This document shows, piece by piece, positions 1 to 9,870 of a DNA stretch of 64,000 bases (position 1 is the stretch's first letter; every line of letters starts with the position of its first letter). This DNA comes from a virus. The DNA lies in the IMG/VR virus record IMGVR_UViG_3300025096_000009, positions 15,618-79,617 of that record; one strand, 5' to 3'. The position numbers were made by a program, and so were the translations under genes. A model generated the notes under the pieces. That model ran no database searches. It had not been told where the DNA came from and saw only the letters and a list, made by a program, of their open reading frames with translations.

Positions 1-15
1 CGCTGAAAAACCCCA

Positions 16-1161
16 ATGTTTATTGACAATGATTTCCCGAAGCTGTTGGGTGCGGAACTATACCGTCCCCATCCAGCTTATATAGTGGAAATGGCTGCAG
101 AGCCAGTCGTCGTACACGACTTTACTAAGCAACCGGGTCAAACTGTTCAGCTAGATCGTTACCGTTTCTTCGGTAACCCTGGCACGAAGACACAACGTGA
201 GCGTACTCAGGATCAAACCATCGGTACAGCAAACAGTAGGTCTATCGTTAAGGACAAAGTACTTGTATCTCTTCGTGAGTATACAGGTCCTGCTGACCCA
301 AATAATAACGCTCTCCCTAGCACATTCAAAATTGCTCGTGAGACATTAATGACCGCTCAGCGTTTGCTGCTTGATACTGGGAACCTTAATATGTTCCACC
401 AGTCAATAGGTAGCCTTACGCTTCTTGATGACTACCGGAGATGGAGAGATAGAGTCTTCATTGACGAACTTTTCAAGACTGAATCACGTGGTCAAAGTAG
501 TGATTCACAAGGTGGATACTACTACCCTAATAACAAGGCTAAGACAAACTCAACTACTCTTACTGCTTATACAGCTACAGAGTACGCTTCTGAGCGCTTT
601 AAGTTCAATGTAAAAACTGACCTTCTAGAAGTTGTTAAGAGTCTACGTAAGCGTCACGTACCAGTTTTCGCAGATGGCTACTATCGTTGCATAGCAGATC
701 CTTCACTTATGAAAGATCTTCGTGCTGATCAAGGCTTCCGTGAAGTTGCACGTTACCCAGGAATGGGCGCTCCTAACCCTCTTATGGGTGCACAAGCTCC
801 TAACTCAGCTATCTACGGTGGCGGCCAATTCGGTCAGGCACAATTCGTAGCTGGAGAGCCAGTTATGCCATCAGGCTTCGTTTTTGAAGGTGTAAGATTC
901 TTCGAATCTACAAACTTCCCAGGAAAAACTATCACGGTCGACATCGGTGATGGTAATGGAGCCGTTTCAAAAGACACTCCTGCAGGATTATTCTTCGGTC
1001 CTCAGGCAATCGGTGTAGGTATTGGTGGTCCAAATGCTCAAGTTCTAATTAATAACAACGATGACTTCTCAAGATTCATCATTCTTATTTGGCAGCTTTA
1101 TGCTGGTTTTGCGAACTTGAATAAGGACTTCATCACTACAGCCTTCACTGTATCTGAGTAA
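16..1161 (+). CDS. Major capsid protein (HK97 fold, N4-gp56-like)
   Basis: 381 aa; N-terminal 'KQPGQTVQLDRY' and C-terminal 'GxFEGVRFFES...LFFGPQAIG...DDFSRFIILIW' match the layout of N4-gp56-type capsid proteins; first gene of the structural block; strongly biased codons. Confidence 0.8.
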   Translation: MFIDNDFPKLLGAELYRPHPAYIVEMAAEPVVVHDFTKQPGQTVQLDRYRFFGNPGTKTQRERTQDQTIGTANSRSIVKDKVLVSLREYTGPADPNNNALPSTFKIARETLMTAQRLLLDTGNLNMFHQSIGSLTLLDDYRRWRDRVFIDELFKTESRGQSSDSQGGYYYPNNKAKTNSTTLTAYTATEYASERFKFNVKTDLLEVVKSLRKRHVPVFADGYYRCIADPSLMKDLRADQGFREVARYPGMGAPNPLMGAQAPNSAIYGGGQFGQAQFVAGEPVMPSGFVFEGVRFFESTNFPGKTITVDIGDGNGAVSKDTPAGLFFGPQAIGVGIGGPNAQVLINNNDDFSRFIILIWQLYAGFANLNKDFITTAFTVSE

Positions 1162-1176
1162 GGAGGTATTTAACTA

Positions 1177-1998
1177 ATGGCAACTTACAAATCTAGCGCT
1201 GGAGCTATTCTTCAGCCAGGTAACCAGATCAATAGACTATCTGGTTATAACGACGAAGGCGTTTTCGGCCTTCCCGGTGTTGAAGCATTCGAACTTGTTG
1301 GTTATGCAAAAGTTACTAACGTAGCTGCTGACAAAGCCTCTTACAAGAGTTTTAGCATCACAGTACCTTCTCCTGATCGCCGTAGTGGCGATAGAGTTCG
1401 GAATGATCGTACTAGCCTTGTTGTACAAGCTAGTGCTGAGCGTCCAGCTTATGTTTATGGCGCTTCAATCGCTATAGGACAGGATGTTCCTTCACTTGCT
1501 GCAGATCGCGCAGGCTTCCCTGCTGCACCTGTAACAGCTGATTTAGGAGCAACAAGTACTGAACTATTACTTCTAGGACCTGATAACAGTGGTGCACCAA
1601 TTGGTGTTCCAGCCACTCAACTATTAGGAAATGCTGCTGCTTCTAGTTCTATCACCGCTGCTTCTAGTGCTTTCGCTCAAGGAGCTTCTGACGTAACAAC
1701 AGGCAACCTACCATTCTGGTCAAGCGTAACTAGCACAATTGCTGCTGCTGACGCTGCTGATTCCATGATGTATAAGGTTGTAGCAGATACCACATTTAAG
1801 GTATACAACGTAAACGCAATCACTAACACTTCTGTGACTGGTGACGGTGTTTATATTAGTGCTGACGACTCAACTGCTGGTCGCGCTGGCTACATTCTGT
1901 GCCGCGTGAACTATCTACGTCCTGCTGCTGGTGTTTCTTGGAATGATATTCAAGGCTATATCGACTTTGCTTCTCAGCTAGGCGGTAACGACGAGTAA
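1177..1998 (+). CDS. Capsid-associated structural protein (decoration/minor capsid)
   Basis: Strong RBS (AGGAGG); sits between the MCP and a terminator; A/S/T/G-rich beta-type composition. Confidence 0.5.
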   Translation: MATYKSSAGAILQPGNQINRLSGYNDEGVFGLPGVEAFELVGYAKVTNVAADKASYKSFSITVPSPDRRSGDRVRNDRTSLVVQASAERPAYVYGASIAIGQDVPSLAADRAGFPAAPVTADLGATSTELLLLGPDNSGAPIGVPATQLLGNAAASSSITAASSAFAQGASDVTTGNLPFWSSVTSTIAAADAADSMMYKVVADTTFKVYNVNAITNTSVTGDGVYISADDSTAGRAGYILCRVNYLRPAAGVSWNDIQGYIDFASQLGGNDE

Positions 1999-2021
1999 TA
2001 TCTTTTTAGATTAAAAGAATT

Positions 2022-2050
2022 AGGCGGGTCCTTGTGGCTCGCTTTTTTCT
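2022..2050 (+). terminator. Intrinsic terminator of the capsid operon
   Basis: AGGCGGGTC-CTTGTG-GCTCGCTT followed by a T-tract, just after the second gene. Confidence 0.7.
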
Positions 2051-2082
2051 TGTCTATACTCTTTATATCTAGTTTCTCCTCT

Positions 2083-2175
2083 ATGATCTCCTTAGCTCTT
2101 GCTCTAATAATTGGAATTACTATTCTCTTTTGGATTTTGATTAATGATAATTCCCATCCGAATCACCCTGCGTGA
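2083..2175 (+). CDS. 30-aa single-TM peptide (not in ORF track)
   Basis: MISLALALIIGITILFWILINDNSHPNHPA; TATACT -10-like box upstream. Confidence 0.45.
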   Translation: MISLALALIIGITILFWILINDNSHPNHPA

Positions 2176-2230
2176 TGTTGAAAGCAAGGGTTTACTTTGG
2201 TAAGCTAATCAGAGACTAACAAATCGTTTT

Positions 2231-2671
2231 ATGTTGTACCAGTACAGAGTCACAGGTGGTCTTGTGGAAGTCATATCAAAACATGGCGATGGGATCATGA
2301 TGTGTCTTGATGCCCAAGATGAAGTTCTTTACGTAGACGAGGGAGATTTAACTCCCCATTTAGATGCTACTAATGAGAAGTTGCGTACAGAAGAGAGGCT
2401 TACTGCAGAGTTAGCAGCTGAAGGAGTAAAGCCTGCTAAGTTAACTACGCGAGAGACATTCCCAGTCGATGTACGTGTCAATATTAATAATGCTTCTGCA
2501 CGTCAAATTGCGGATGCATTACCTGGAGTTGGTCTTAAAACAGCTAGGGACATCAAAGATCTTCAAACTTCTCAGTCTGGAGAAAAGTTCCAAAAACTAG
2601 AGCAGTTGAGAAATATTAAAAGAGTAGATTGGGATCAGATTTTCAAAGAGAACTTAGTCCGAGTAGACTGA
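2231..2671 (+). CDS. Helix-hairpin-helix (ComEA/HHH_3-like) DNA-binding protein
   Basis: C-terminal 'VNINNASARQIADALPGVGLKTARDI...FQKLEQLRNIKRV'. Confidence 0.75.
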   Translation: MLYQYRVTGGLVEVISKHGDGIMMCLDAQDEVLYVDEGDLTPHLDATNEKLRTEERLTAELAAEGVKPAKLTTRETFPVDVRVNINNASARQIADALPGVGLKTARDIKDLQTSQSGEKFQKLEQLRNIKRVDWDQIFKENLVRVD

Positions 2672-2697
2672 TACTAGGCTCGTTTTAATGTTGATTA

Positions 2698-3177
2698 ATG
2701 AAGCTTGATACATATGTACAATCTAAAGTCCGTTGGCATTTAGGTTATAACTTAACTTCGGTCCCTGCTGGTGACCAAGCACGTCTTGAAGAAGCAATGA
2801 ATAATGTTCAAGACTCCTTTTGGTATGACAAAATTGTTGAGCAGATAGGTCGTTGTGACGAAGCTGAAAAGCGTACCGATATGACTGGTAGTGTCAATAA
2901 TGATTCAGTACCAAAAAGTCGTATTGAAAGTATTTTGGGTGACGTTGACCGTACAATTTCGACATCTGATTTCAAGGATACATTAAAGACTTGGACACAG
3001 ATTTATTTATATGAAACAGATCGTTTAGCATTACACTTATATGTTCCTAATTATAGGAATCCAGAGCAAGCTCGATATCGTTTTAATCGAGAAGGTGCTG
3101 AATTTATTCAGGCTTTACCTGGACCAGCAGATGTTGCTGTTGGTACAAGGATTGTTCTTGAAACCTCTCATCGTTAA
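2698..3177 (+). CDS. Hypothetical virion protein (possible head completion/adaptor)
   Basis: Helical 159 aa, 'SKVRWHLGY' start, position after the capsid genes. Confidence 0.35.
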   Translation: MKLDTYVQSKVRWHLGYNLTSVPAGDQARLEEAMNNVQDSFWYDKIVEQIGRCDEAEKRTDMTGSVNNDSVPKSRIESILGDVDRTISTSDFKDTLKTWTQIYLYETDRLALHLYVPNYRNPEQARYRFNREGAEFIQALPGPADVAVGTRIVLETSHR

Positions 3178-3192
3178 AGGAGATTTTTAATC

Positions 3193-4236
3193 ATGGCTAC
3201 TGGTCGACTTACTGAATCTGATTTTAGAAGAATGTCCGATGATGATCCTCGGAAACAGAGTTGGAATAAAGTTCAAAAGAAATATGGAGAACAAGGACGT
3301 CATCACGATAAGAAAAAAGATATGGAAGCGGCGAGAGCTCGTGCCGGTGGTTCTTCGCCTGAGAGTACTGAAGCATCTAGATCTGTAGGAATAGCTGCAG
3401 CTGAGAATACAGAGAGGAGGTCTACTGCTAAGGATTTAGCTGCTGGACACCGTGGAGCACAACAAGTGAAAAGTCGCGAAGCTGCTGATAGGAGAAATGT
3501 TAGACGAACCGAAATTGATAATAGTAGGTTCGAAAGGGGTAATCAAAGAAGATATGAAGATACAAAGTCAGCTTTAGAAGGTCAGACTGCAGGACGAGTT
3601 CAAGGTAGAACTGCTCAAGCGGCAGAAGGTCGTGGACGTGGAGGATATGGTAGACATGGAGAACTACTAGGAGGAGATCCTAGACAGATGAGAGATAGAG
3701 GAAGAGGAGGAGTTTCTTCTAATCCTTTTAGAAGAGGAGGAAGAGGAGGTAGTAGAGGAATGGTAGACCAAGCAACAGTAGATAATATTGGATCACATGT
3801 CTCAGATCAAATAAACAAGCAGAATCAAGCAAAAGGTGGACCAACATTTAAACATAAATCTTCTGGACCTGTAAGTAAAGAAAAACTTGATGCATTTGCA
3901 GATCATATGAAAGTGCAAATGGATAAAGCTAACAAAACGAATACAACTAGACAGAGTTGGCCGCCACCACCGAGAAAAGTTCCACAGAAGACTAAAACCA
4001 CTGGTCTTTCTTCTGATCAAGAGAGAAGGAATTTATTAACCGGTGGTGCATCACAATCTCCTCATGAGATTCTACAAAGTAAATATGGCGGTCTACAAAC
4101 ACAGAAGACTAAAGCCCCTGGTCTTTCTTCTGATCAAGAGAGAAGGAATTTATTAACCGGTGGTGCATCACAATCTTCTGATTACGATAGAGGAAAGAGT
4201 TTTATTAGTGATTATGTCTCTGGTTATCGTCGTTAG
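3193..4236 (+). CDS. Disordered R/G-rich protein with internal duplication (candidate internal virion protein)
   Basis: RGG-rich, few hydrophobics, two copies of GLSSDQERRNLLTGGASQS, C-terminal RGKSFISDY. Confidence 0.6.
   Translation: MATGRLTESDFRRMSDDDPRKQSWNKVQKKYGEQGRHHDKKKDMEAARARAGGSSPESTEASRSVGIAAAENTERRSTAKDLAAGHRGAQQVKSREAADRRNVRRTEIDNSRFERGNQRRYEDTKSALEGQTAGRVQGRTAQAAEGRGRGGYGRHGELLGGDPRQMRDRGRGGVSSNPFRRGGRGGSRGMVDQATVDNIGSHVSDQINKQNQAKGGPTFKHKSSGPVSKEKLDAFADHMKVQMDKANKTNTTRQSWPPPPRKVPQKTKTTGLSSDQERRNLLTGGASQSPHEILQSKYGGLQTQKTKAPGLSSDQERRNLLTGGASQSSDYDRGKSFISDYVSGYRR
3983..4176 (+). repeat. 77-bp direct repeat (3983-4059 and 4100-4176, 2 mismatches)
   Basis: CACAGAAGACTAAA..CTGGTCTTTCTTCTGATCAAGAGAGAAGGAATTTATTAACCGGTGGTGCATCACAATCT twice, in frame (period 117 nt). 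Confidence 0.95.
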
Positions 4237-4247
4237 AGGTACCTATT

Positions 4248-4553
4248 ATGCCACTTGATCCAGTTGCTAAAAGAGAAAGAGCTAAACGATTAGCTACAGA
4301 TTATTCTGCTTCTCAAAATGAAAGGGATAACCAAGACCGTGCAAGAGGTTCTCAAAGACGTGGTGCTATAGCGGAAGGTGCAGAAAGGATGAGTAGCGGG
4401 AGTATGGATAGGGAGACTGAAAGAGTTGATAGACCACCACTGAGTGAGACTACTGAAGTGGAACGTGAACTACATTCATCTAATAGGAATCCAAGGGTTG
4501 CAAGACCAACAACTACTAGACCTGAGATGTTAAAAAACAGGTCTCAACTCTAA
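4248..4553 (+). CDS. Small charged disordered protein
   Basis: ORF with RBS (AGAGGT); R/E-rich. Confidence 0.6.
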   Translation: MPLDPVAKRERAKRLATDYSASQNERDNQDRARGSQRRGAIAEGAERMSSGSMDRETERVDRPPLSETTEVERELHSSNRNPRVARPTTTRPEMLKNRSQL

Positions 4554-4563
4554 GGAGAAATTT

Positions 4564-4764
4564 ATGTCTATTATGGATGACCTCGACTGGGGTAGTGATG
4601 ATTATGGAACTAAGGATACTAAAAAGGATCCTAAATCTTTAGGTGGTTATAAGAGATGGACTTCCGATTCAGATAGGTCAGCTACCACTAAAAAAAGTAA
4701 GGGTAAAGAGTTTCTAGGTATTTTTAAATCTAAGTTTAAGAATAAGTTCCGTGATAGCAGGTAG
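4564..4764 (+). CDS. Small basic protein
   Basis: RBS AAGGAG; K-rich C-terminus with KGKEFLGIF. Confidence 0.6.
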   Translation: MSIMDDLDWGSDDYGTKDTKKDPKSLGGYKRWTSDSDRSATTKKSKGKEFLGIFKSKFKNKFRDSR

Positions 4765-4807
4765 CATTTCCCCCTGTTATTCTAGTTGGTAGGCTTAGTT
4801 TAATTTC

Positions 4808-5152
4808 ATGGCGATAACTTATTTTCAGGACACTATTTTCAGTATTGAGAGTACCTTAACTGCTCCAGCTGCTGGAACTGCTTTGCAGGTAGCCGTTAAT
4901 AACCTTTTTTCTACAAAAGATTACACTCTCATTGTTACTGTCGCTAGTGTAGATACAAATGTAATTGTTGGTTTAGAAGGTAGTGTTGATGGTACAACTT
5001 ATGCTCCAATTATTGCTAATCAAACAATAACTGCTAACGGTACGACTGTTTATAGTGTTTCTGGTAGACCAGTTAAATGGATTCGAACAAATTGGGTGAG
5101 TGAGTCAGGAGGAACTGCTGCCACTGTAACCTTCAATGTAGCGGCTGCATAA
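4808..5152 (+). CDS. Small beta-sandwich virion protein
   Basis: 'VGLEGSVDGTTY...VKWIR' pattern typical of phage structural beta domains. Confidence 0.55.
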   Translation: MAITYFQDTIFSIESTLTAPAAGTALQVAVNNLFSTKDYTLIVTVASVDTNVIVGLEGSVDGTTYAPIIANQTITANGTTVYSVSGRPVKWIRTNWVSESGGTAATVTFNVAAA

Positions 5153-5153
5153 G

Positions 5154-5477
5154 ATGGCAGGCCGTTTTAACGCTGTTCAACCTACGACTAGGAACGGCTA
5201 TCTGTTTGGTGCGAGAAGAGAAAATATACCTTGGGAATCTGAAGGACCTGACACTGGTAGACGTTTTCAACAAGGTAGGGCGACAAGAATGGCAGGGCAG
5301 AAAGATATCTCCGATCTTCAATTAGGATACAAAGATGCTCCTCAAGGTGTAGGACGTGGATTTGTTCCTAAAGATAGTGATGCTTGGGAAACACAGGAAA
5401 AGGATGATGCATATACCCAGGATGATCCTTGGAGAACCTTTGAAGAAGATTTAGATCCAAAAGTAGCTCGTTGGTAA
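5154..5477 (+). CDS. Hypothetical disordered protein
   Basis: Starts 1 nt after the previous stop; G/R/D-rich. Confidence 0.55.
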   Translation: MAGRFNAVQPTTRNGYLFGARRENIPWESEGPDTGRRFQQGRATRMAGQKDISDLQLGYKDAPQGVGRGFVPKDSDAWETQEKDDAYTQDDPWRTFEEDLDPKVARW

Positions 5478-5522
5478 AAAACCTTCGGCTATAATTAGTT
5501 CTAAGTCTATCTGTAAATAAAC

Positions 5523-6317
5523 GTGTCAAGCAGTAGTTCAAATAAACAGCCATTAATGGTGGATCGTCCGGCAACGGGTTCGACCTTACTGACTGTTGCT
5601 TCAGGACAATTATTCTCTACAAGTCTTATCCCAACTTCTGTTGGTAATGCGACAAAAATTTTCGACGTTGACTCTGCGTTAACTGATACATCTATTAGTG
5701 GAGCCTATATAGATGAAATTTGGTTTCGATATTCCAAACGAGTAAAGGAAGCTATTGATGCAAAGTCAGCTACTGCAGGTACATATTCTGCTGCTTCTAC
5801 AACGGTTACGGTAACTATTACTGCTGGACATAATATAGAAGTTGGTCAGGAAGTATTTTTAAATTTCACAAGTTATAACTCCGGTACTGTACCAATTGAT
5901 GGTAAGTTTACAGTTTTAACTATTACTTCTACTACATTTACAGCTACGATTCCTAATATTGCTAGTGGAACAATTACAGGTAACGTAGATGTTTATGTTC
6001 CTATTGATTTCTGTTTCTACTTAGTAAGTACCGGTATACTCACTAATATTAACCAATTTTTCCCTTTATTTGTCGCCAGTATTGAATCTGTTGCTTCAAA
6101 ACAGTCTTGCAGTTTGACTATGAAGGAGGTACTTCCTCTTATTAATCATCCTACTGTTCAGTCTGGTGCTGCAAACTGGGGATCGGCTAATAATGAGATA
6201 GCTCCTAAACAGAGAGGTTTAATGCTTAAGCGTGGACAAGCTTTGTATGTTTCTGCAAGTGGAACTGCGGCATTAACTAACGGTTTCTATTGTAATGTAC
6301 AAGGTGGATACTATTAA
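5523..6317 (+). CDS. Virion/tail structural protein
   Basis: T/S-rich; one 'GTYSAASTTVTVT..GHNIEVG' repeat also found in the next gene. Confidence 0.55.
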   Translation: MSSSSSNKQPLMVDRPATGSTLLTVASGQLFSTSLIPTSVGNATKIFDVDSALTDTSISGAYIDEIWFRYSKRVKEAIDAKSATAGTYSAASTTVTVTITAGHNIEVGQEVFLNFTSYNSGTVPIDGKFTVLTITSTTFTATIPNIASGTITGNVDVYVPIDFCFYLVSTGILTNINQFFPLFVASIESVASKQSCSLTMKEVLPLINHPTVQSGAANWGSANNEIAPKQRGLMLKRGQALYVSASGTAALTNGFYCNVQGGYY

Positions 6318-6325
6318 AGAGAACA

Positions 6326-8593
6326 ATGCCTTTCGGTGTAGGAAAGTTTGATAATTCATCGAAGTTAAAGTTCGATACTGATTTTTCAAAAAACATTGAT
6401 GGTAGTGGAGCTTTTTCTATTACCGAAAGTGGTGGAAGAAGTTATAAAAATAGTGAAGTTAGATTTTATAATACTGATTCTTTATGGAGTCGCTGGAGGC
6501 GTGGCTATGAATTATATTCTTTAACCCAAAGTTTATTAGGTTCTACAGCTGGCGAAAGACAACGCCGTGGAGATTATCGTTTATATTTTACTTTTCAGCA
6601 GTTTCCGGGTGTCTTTATACCAGCTAGGATTTTTACTTTTCCTTCTACTAATCAGGAATTAGGGGAACAAATGGTTGGAATGCGAGACACTGACGCATTT
6701 AGTTTTTATGATTATGGTCTTCCTATTCTTGGTGTTAGATATTTAGGTAAGTCGGTAAGTGCTACTTATAGTCAATCAGGTACAACATTAGTTGTCACTA
6801 AACTAGATCATGGATTATATCCAGGTGAGAGTGTTTGGCTAGATATTTCAACAGGAGGAGGTGTTGATGAAACACTTTTAATTGTTAGTACTACACAAAA
6901 TACATTTACTGTAACTACTTCTGCATCAGCTACAAACAATGGGAATGTCACTTATTATTTATCGACTACTTTTGGGGACTCACGTTGGACCACTACACGA
7001 ACTCGCCTTCGTTATTTGCCTACAGAACTTTCTTTCTTTTCAGGCGAACGTTTAGCTGATCGTATTATTGAAAAAGATCCAGGTCTTGCTTCTACGTATT
7101 CAAGGAGTGGGTCTACTGTTACAGTTGTTTGCCCTTCAGCTCATGGTTTATCTACAGGAAATAAGGTTTTTGTTGATGTTACTAGTGGCGACGTCGCTTC
7201 TGGTAGATATACAATTACTGTTACCAGTACTACTCAATTCACAGTAACAACAATAACGAGTGGAACTACGTCTGGAAATCTAACAGTTAGTAGATTATTG
7301 CGTGGTCGTGATTATAAAAACTATGTTGGCTACACGGTTACAGGACTTGATGCCGCCACAAAAGAAATAATTTTCCAAAGGAAGGATAGTTATGGTGCAA
7401 CAACTGCTGATGAAAAAACGTCAACTGTAGTTCCTGCTCATAGGGGTTTTACTATCGGGAGATATTTAACTACTGAATTGCGTTGGCAATGTTCTTGTCA
7501 AGATTTTGCAAGACGTGATAGCTATGACTTATATAGTGATCTACGCAATAAAAAGTTTCCTCGTACTTCAGTAAGGTCTACAAAACCTGGACAAGTTTTA
7601 CAGACTGATGGAACATTAAGTGATGAGAGAGATATTCCAGGTACTTTCCGAGATCTCGGTTTTGTAGCTATTAATAATTTTTATGAACTGCCTGAGTACG
7701 AAGATACGACTGATACTGACTTTCAAAGCTTAATGTATTACCAAATACGTTGGTGTAAACATATTTATGCAGCTATGTTCGCCATTACTCATGATGAAGG
7801 TAATGAACCTATTAAATTAGCGGCAAAATACACTCAGACTGGTCCAAATATCACTATTAACGTTGATAATCACGGTTTAGAAGTCGATACTAAGATTGAA
7901 CTAGCTTTTACAAGTGGAAATGCAGTTTCTGGTGAATATACGATCACTTCGGTACCTGATCCGAACAGTTTCACTGTTATTTATCCTTTTAGCGAGTCTG
8001 CTAGTGGTTATTGCAGTGTTACTAACCTAAAAAAACATGATTATGTGCGTTCTTGGTTGCTTGAACCAAGTGATAAGCCTATTGGGGATGGTTTAAAGCG
8101 CTTCGAGAAGACTTTTGAGAGAGAAAGAGAGCGTTTAGAAGGTGCTTTTGAATTATTGAAGCTAACTCAACAGAATACACCTTGGAGTGGGGGTAAAAAT
8201 GTTACTGGAAACAGAAATCAGCCTCAATCAGTCGCAGATTTTGATCCATCACTTATTGGGATGACTCTTACTGATGGTTTGAAGCGTGATGCTGATGGCA
8301 ATTTAAGTCGTAGTGGAAAAGCTGTTAATACTACTAATCGAATGATTACGTTAATTAATAAGTTGTTTAATCGATCTCCAACGCTGTTAGAAGATATAAA
8401 ACTGGGTATAGTTGATAAACCTGTTGATGAATATGGTACAAACTTTGAAGCAGGAGTTGTAGATGCAGGAGAATACCTTAATGGTACTCCTATTGAAGTA
8501 TTGGCTTCAAACAGTACAATAGACAGTAGTACTTACAGTCCTATTACCGATCAGGATGTAGTTGTTGATTCTGATCTATACATTAACGTTTAA
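6326..8593 (+). CDS. Large virion protein with 'TYSxSGxTxxV...HGL' beta repeats and a split SWIM-type Zn finger
   Basis: Three HGL repeats; WQCSCQDF...WCKHIYAAM. Confidence 0.6.
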   Translation: MPFGVGKFDNSSKLKFDTDFSKNIDGSGAFSITESGGRSYKNSEVRFYNTDSLWSRWRRGYELYSLTQSLLGSTAGERQRRGDYRLYFTFQQFPGVFIPARIFTFPSTNQELGEQMVGMRDTDAFSFYDYGLPILGVRYLGKSVSATYSQSGTTLVVTKLDHGLYPGESVWLDISTGGGVDETLLIVSTTQNTFTVTTSASATNNGNVTYYLSTTFGDSRWTTTRTRLRYLPTELSFFSGERLADRIIEKDPGLASTYSRSGSTVTVVCPSAHGLSTGNKVFVDVTSGDVASGRYTITVTSTTQFTVTTITSGTTSGNLTVSRLLRGRDYKNYVGYTVTGLDAATKEIIFQRKDSYGATTADEKTSTVVPAHRGFTIGRYLTTELRWQCSCQDFARRDSYDLYSDLRNKKFPRTSVRSTKPGQVLQTDGTLSDERDIPGTFRDLGFVAINNFYELPEYEDTTDTDFQSLMYYQIRWCKHIYAAMFAITHDEGNEPIKLAAKYTQTGPNITINVDNHGLEVDTKIELAFTSGNAVSGEYTITSVPDPNSFTVIYPFSESASGYCSVTNLKKHDYVRSWLLEPSDKPIGDGLKRFEKTFERERERLEGAFELLKLTQQNTPWSGGKNVTGNRNQPQSVADFDPSLIGMTLTDGLKRDADGNLSRSGKAVNTTNRMITLINKLFNRSPTLLEDIKLGIVDKPVDEYGTNFEAGVVDAGEYLNGTPIEVLASNSTIDSSTYSPITDQDVVVDSDLYINV

Positions 8594-8595
8594 TT

Positions 8596-9027
8596 ATGGC
8601 GGTACAAATTCTTTCTCGTCGTTCTAGTACTCTTTATGACCGGCCTTTTCCTATTCGTCTCGGTGCTGCTGAGCTGGCTATTAATAATAATGCAGGGGAG
8701 CCAGGACTATTTTTTGCTGACAACACTGCTTCTCCTTCGACAGGGTTAGTTAAAGTTGGTCCAATAGCTATAAGTTCTACAGCTCCTAATACTTCAGCGG
8801 TTGGTTTTACATCTTCTAGTAAAGGTGAATCATGGTTGGATACTGCCAGTACTCAGATACACAAAATCTTTGATGGATCAGCTTGGCAAACAGTAAAAGC
8901 TGTTGCGTCAGTTGCTGCAGGTTATCCAGCGAACCCTGTAGATGGTCAATTACACTACAACACATCCACTAGTAAGTTAACCATTTATCTACTTGCCAGT
9001 GCCTCTTGGGTTGTTATAGGTCCTTAG
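8596..9027 (+). CDS. Tail-associated structural protein
   Basis: 'QILSRRS...ELAINNN..EPGLFF', 'GESWLDT', 'NPVDGQLHYN' motifs common at fibre N-termini. Confidence 0.6.
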   Translation: MAVQILSRRSSTLYDRPFPIRLGAAELAINNNAGEPGLFFADNTASPSTGLVKVGPIAISSTAPNTSAVGFTSSSKGESWLDTASTQIHKIFDGSAWQTVKAVASVAAGYPANPVDGQLHYNTSTSKLTIYLLASASWVVIGP

Positions 9028-9269
9028 TGTTGAGATAGGAGATGATCTAGTATGCGGTCCAGTTTGTTATGAACTGCTTGCATTTCTCTTAGGAAGTCTT
9101 CTTTTAACACGTAATCACAAACAACACGATTTTGTAGGTTATCAAGATCACGTTCGATTACTTCAAAACGTTTATCTAGTTTTCTATTAAAATTAGAGAG
9201 TGCTCTAGTTATTCCTGCGAAAGCACCGATGCTTCCCGATATGATAGCTGCTAGGACTTCTGTTGACAT
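9024..9269 (-). CDS. Small TM plus coiled-coil protein (holin-like architecture)
   Basis: N-terminal hydrophobic helix, then 'YVLKEDF...KLDRI'. Confidence 0.5.
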   Translation of the reverse strand: MSTEVLAAIISGSIGAFAGITRALSNFNRKLDKRFEVIERDLDNLQNRVVCDYVLKEDFLREMQAVHNKLDRILDHLLSQH

Positions 9270-9336
9270 TTTAATTACCTATATTTCTATTCTAAAGGAG
9301 TTTACAAATTAAAATGATACTTAGTAAGTAAAGATT

Positions 9337-9870
9337 ATGGCTACAGGATACGAACCAAATGTAGAAGGGGCTATAACAGTCATGGTTGATCTGTTAGATG
9401 CAAACTCTTTTACCAAAACTAGACAACCTTATGAACCTAATTATCGTGGTCTAGTAGATGCATTAATCGATTTAAAAGAAGGATTCCCTACTTTTGCACC
9501 AACACGACTAAGTTTTGACGCGACTGCATTTGAAAATGTAGCGGAGGGAGATGCTTTATATATGAGAGCTGCGGATGGTCAGGTAGGAAAAGCTAGTGCT
9601 GCTAATGGTTCTTTAGAGAATTGTCACGTTATTGGACTTGCTGATGCAGCAACTTCTGCTTCAGGTACATGTAAAGTAATTACAACAGGTGTGAAAACGA
9701 TGCCTAGTACTGTTGATCCAGGAGATATTTATTATTTAAGTGCTTCAACTGCAGGAGCTATATCAACTACTATTCCTTCATCTTCTGGACAAGCTGTTGT
9801 AGTAATAGGTGAAGGTGCAACGACTTCTGTTTTTAGCATCCGTATAGAACCACCTATCAGGTTAGATTAA
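9337..9870 (+). CDS. Virion decoration/fibre-base protein, paralog 1
   Basis: 'AFENVAEGDALY...GQVGKA...GDIYYLS...' shared with the next gene. Confidence 0.55.
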   Translation: MATGYEPNVEGAITVMVDLLDANSFTKTRQPYEPNYRGLVDALIDLKEGFPTFAPTRLSFDATAFENVAEGDALYMRAADGQVGKASAANGSLENCHVIGLADAATSASGTCKVITTGVKTMPSTVDPGDIYYLSASTAGAISTTIPSSSGQAVVVIGEGATTSVFSIRIEPPIRLD

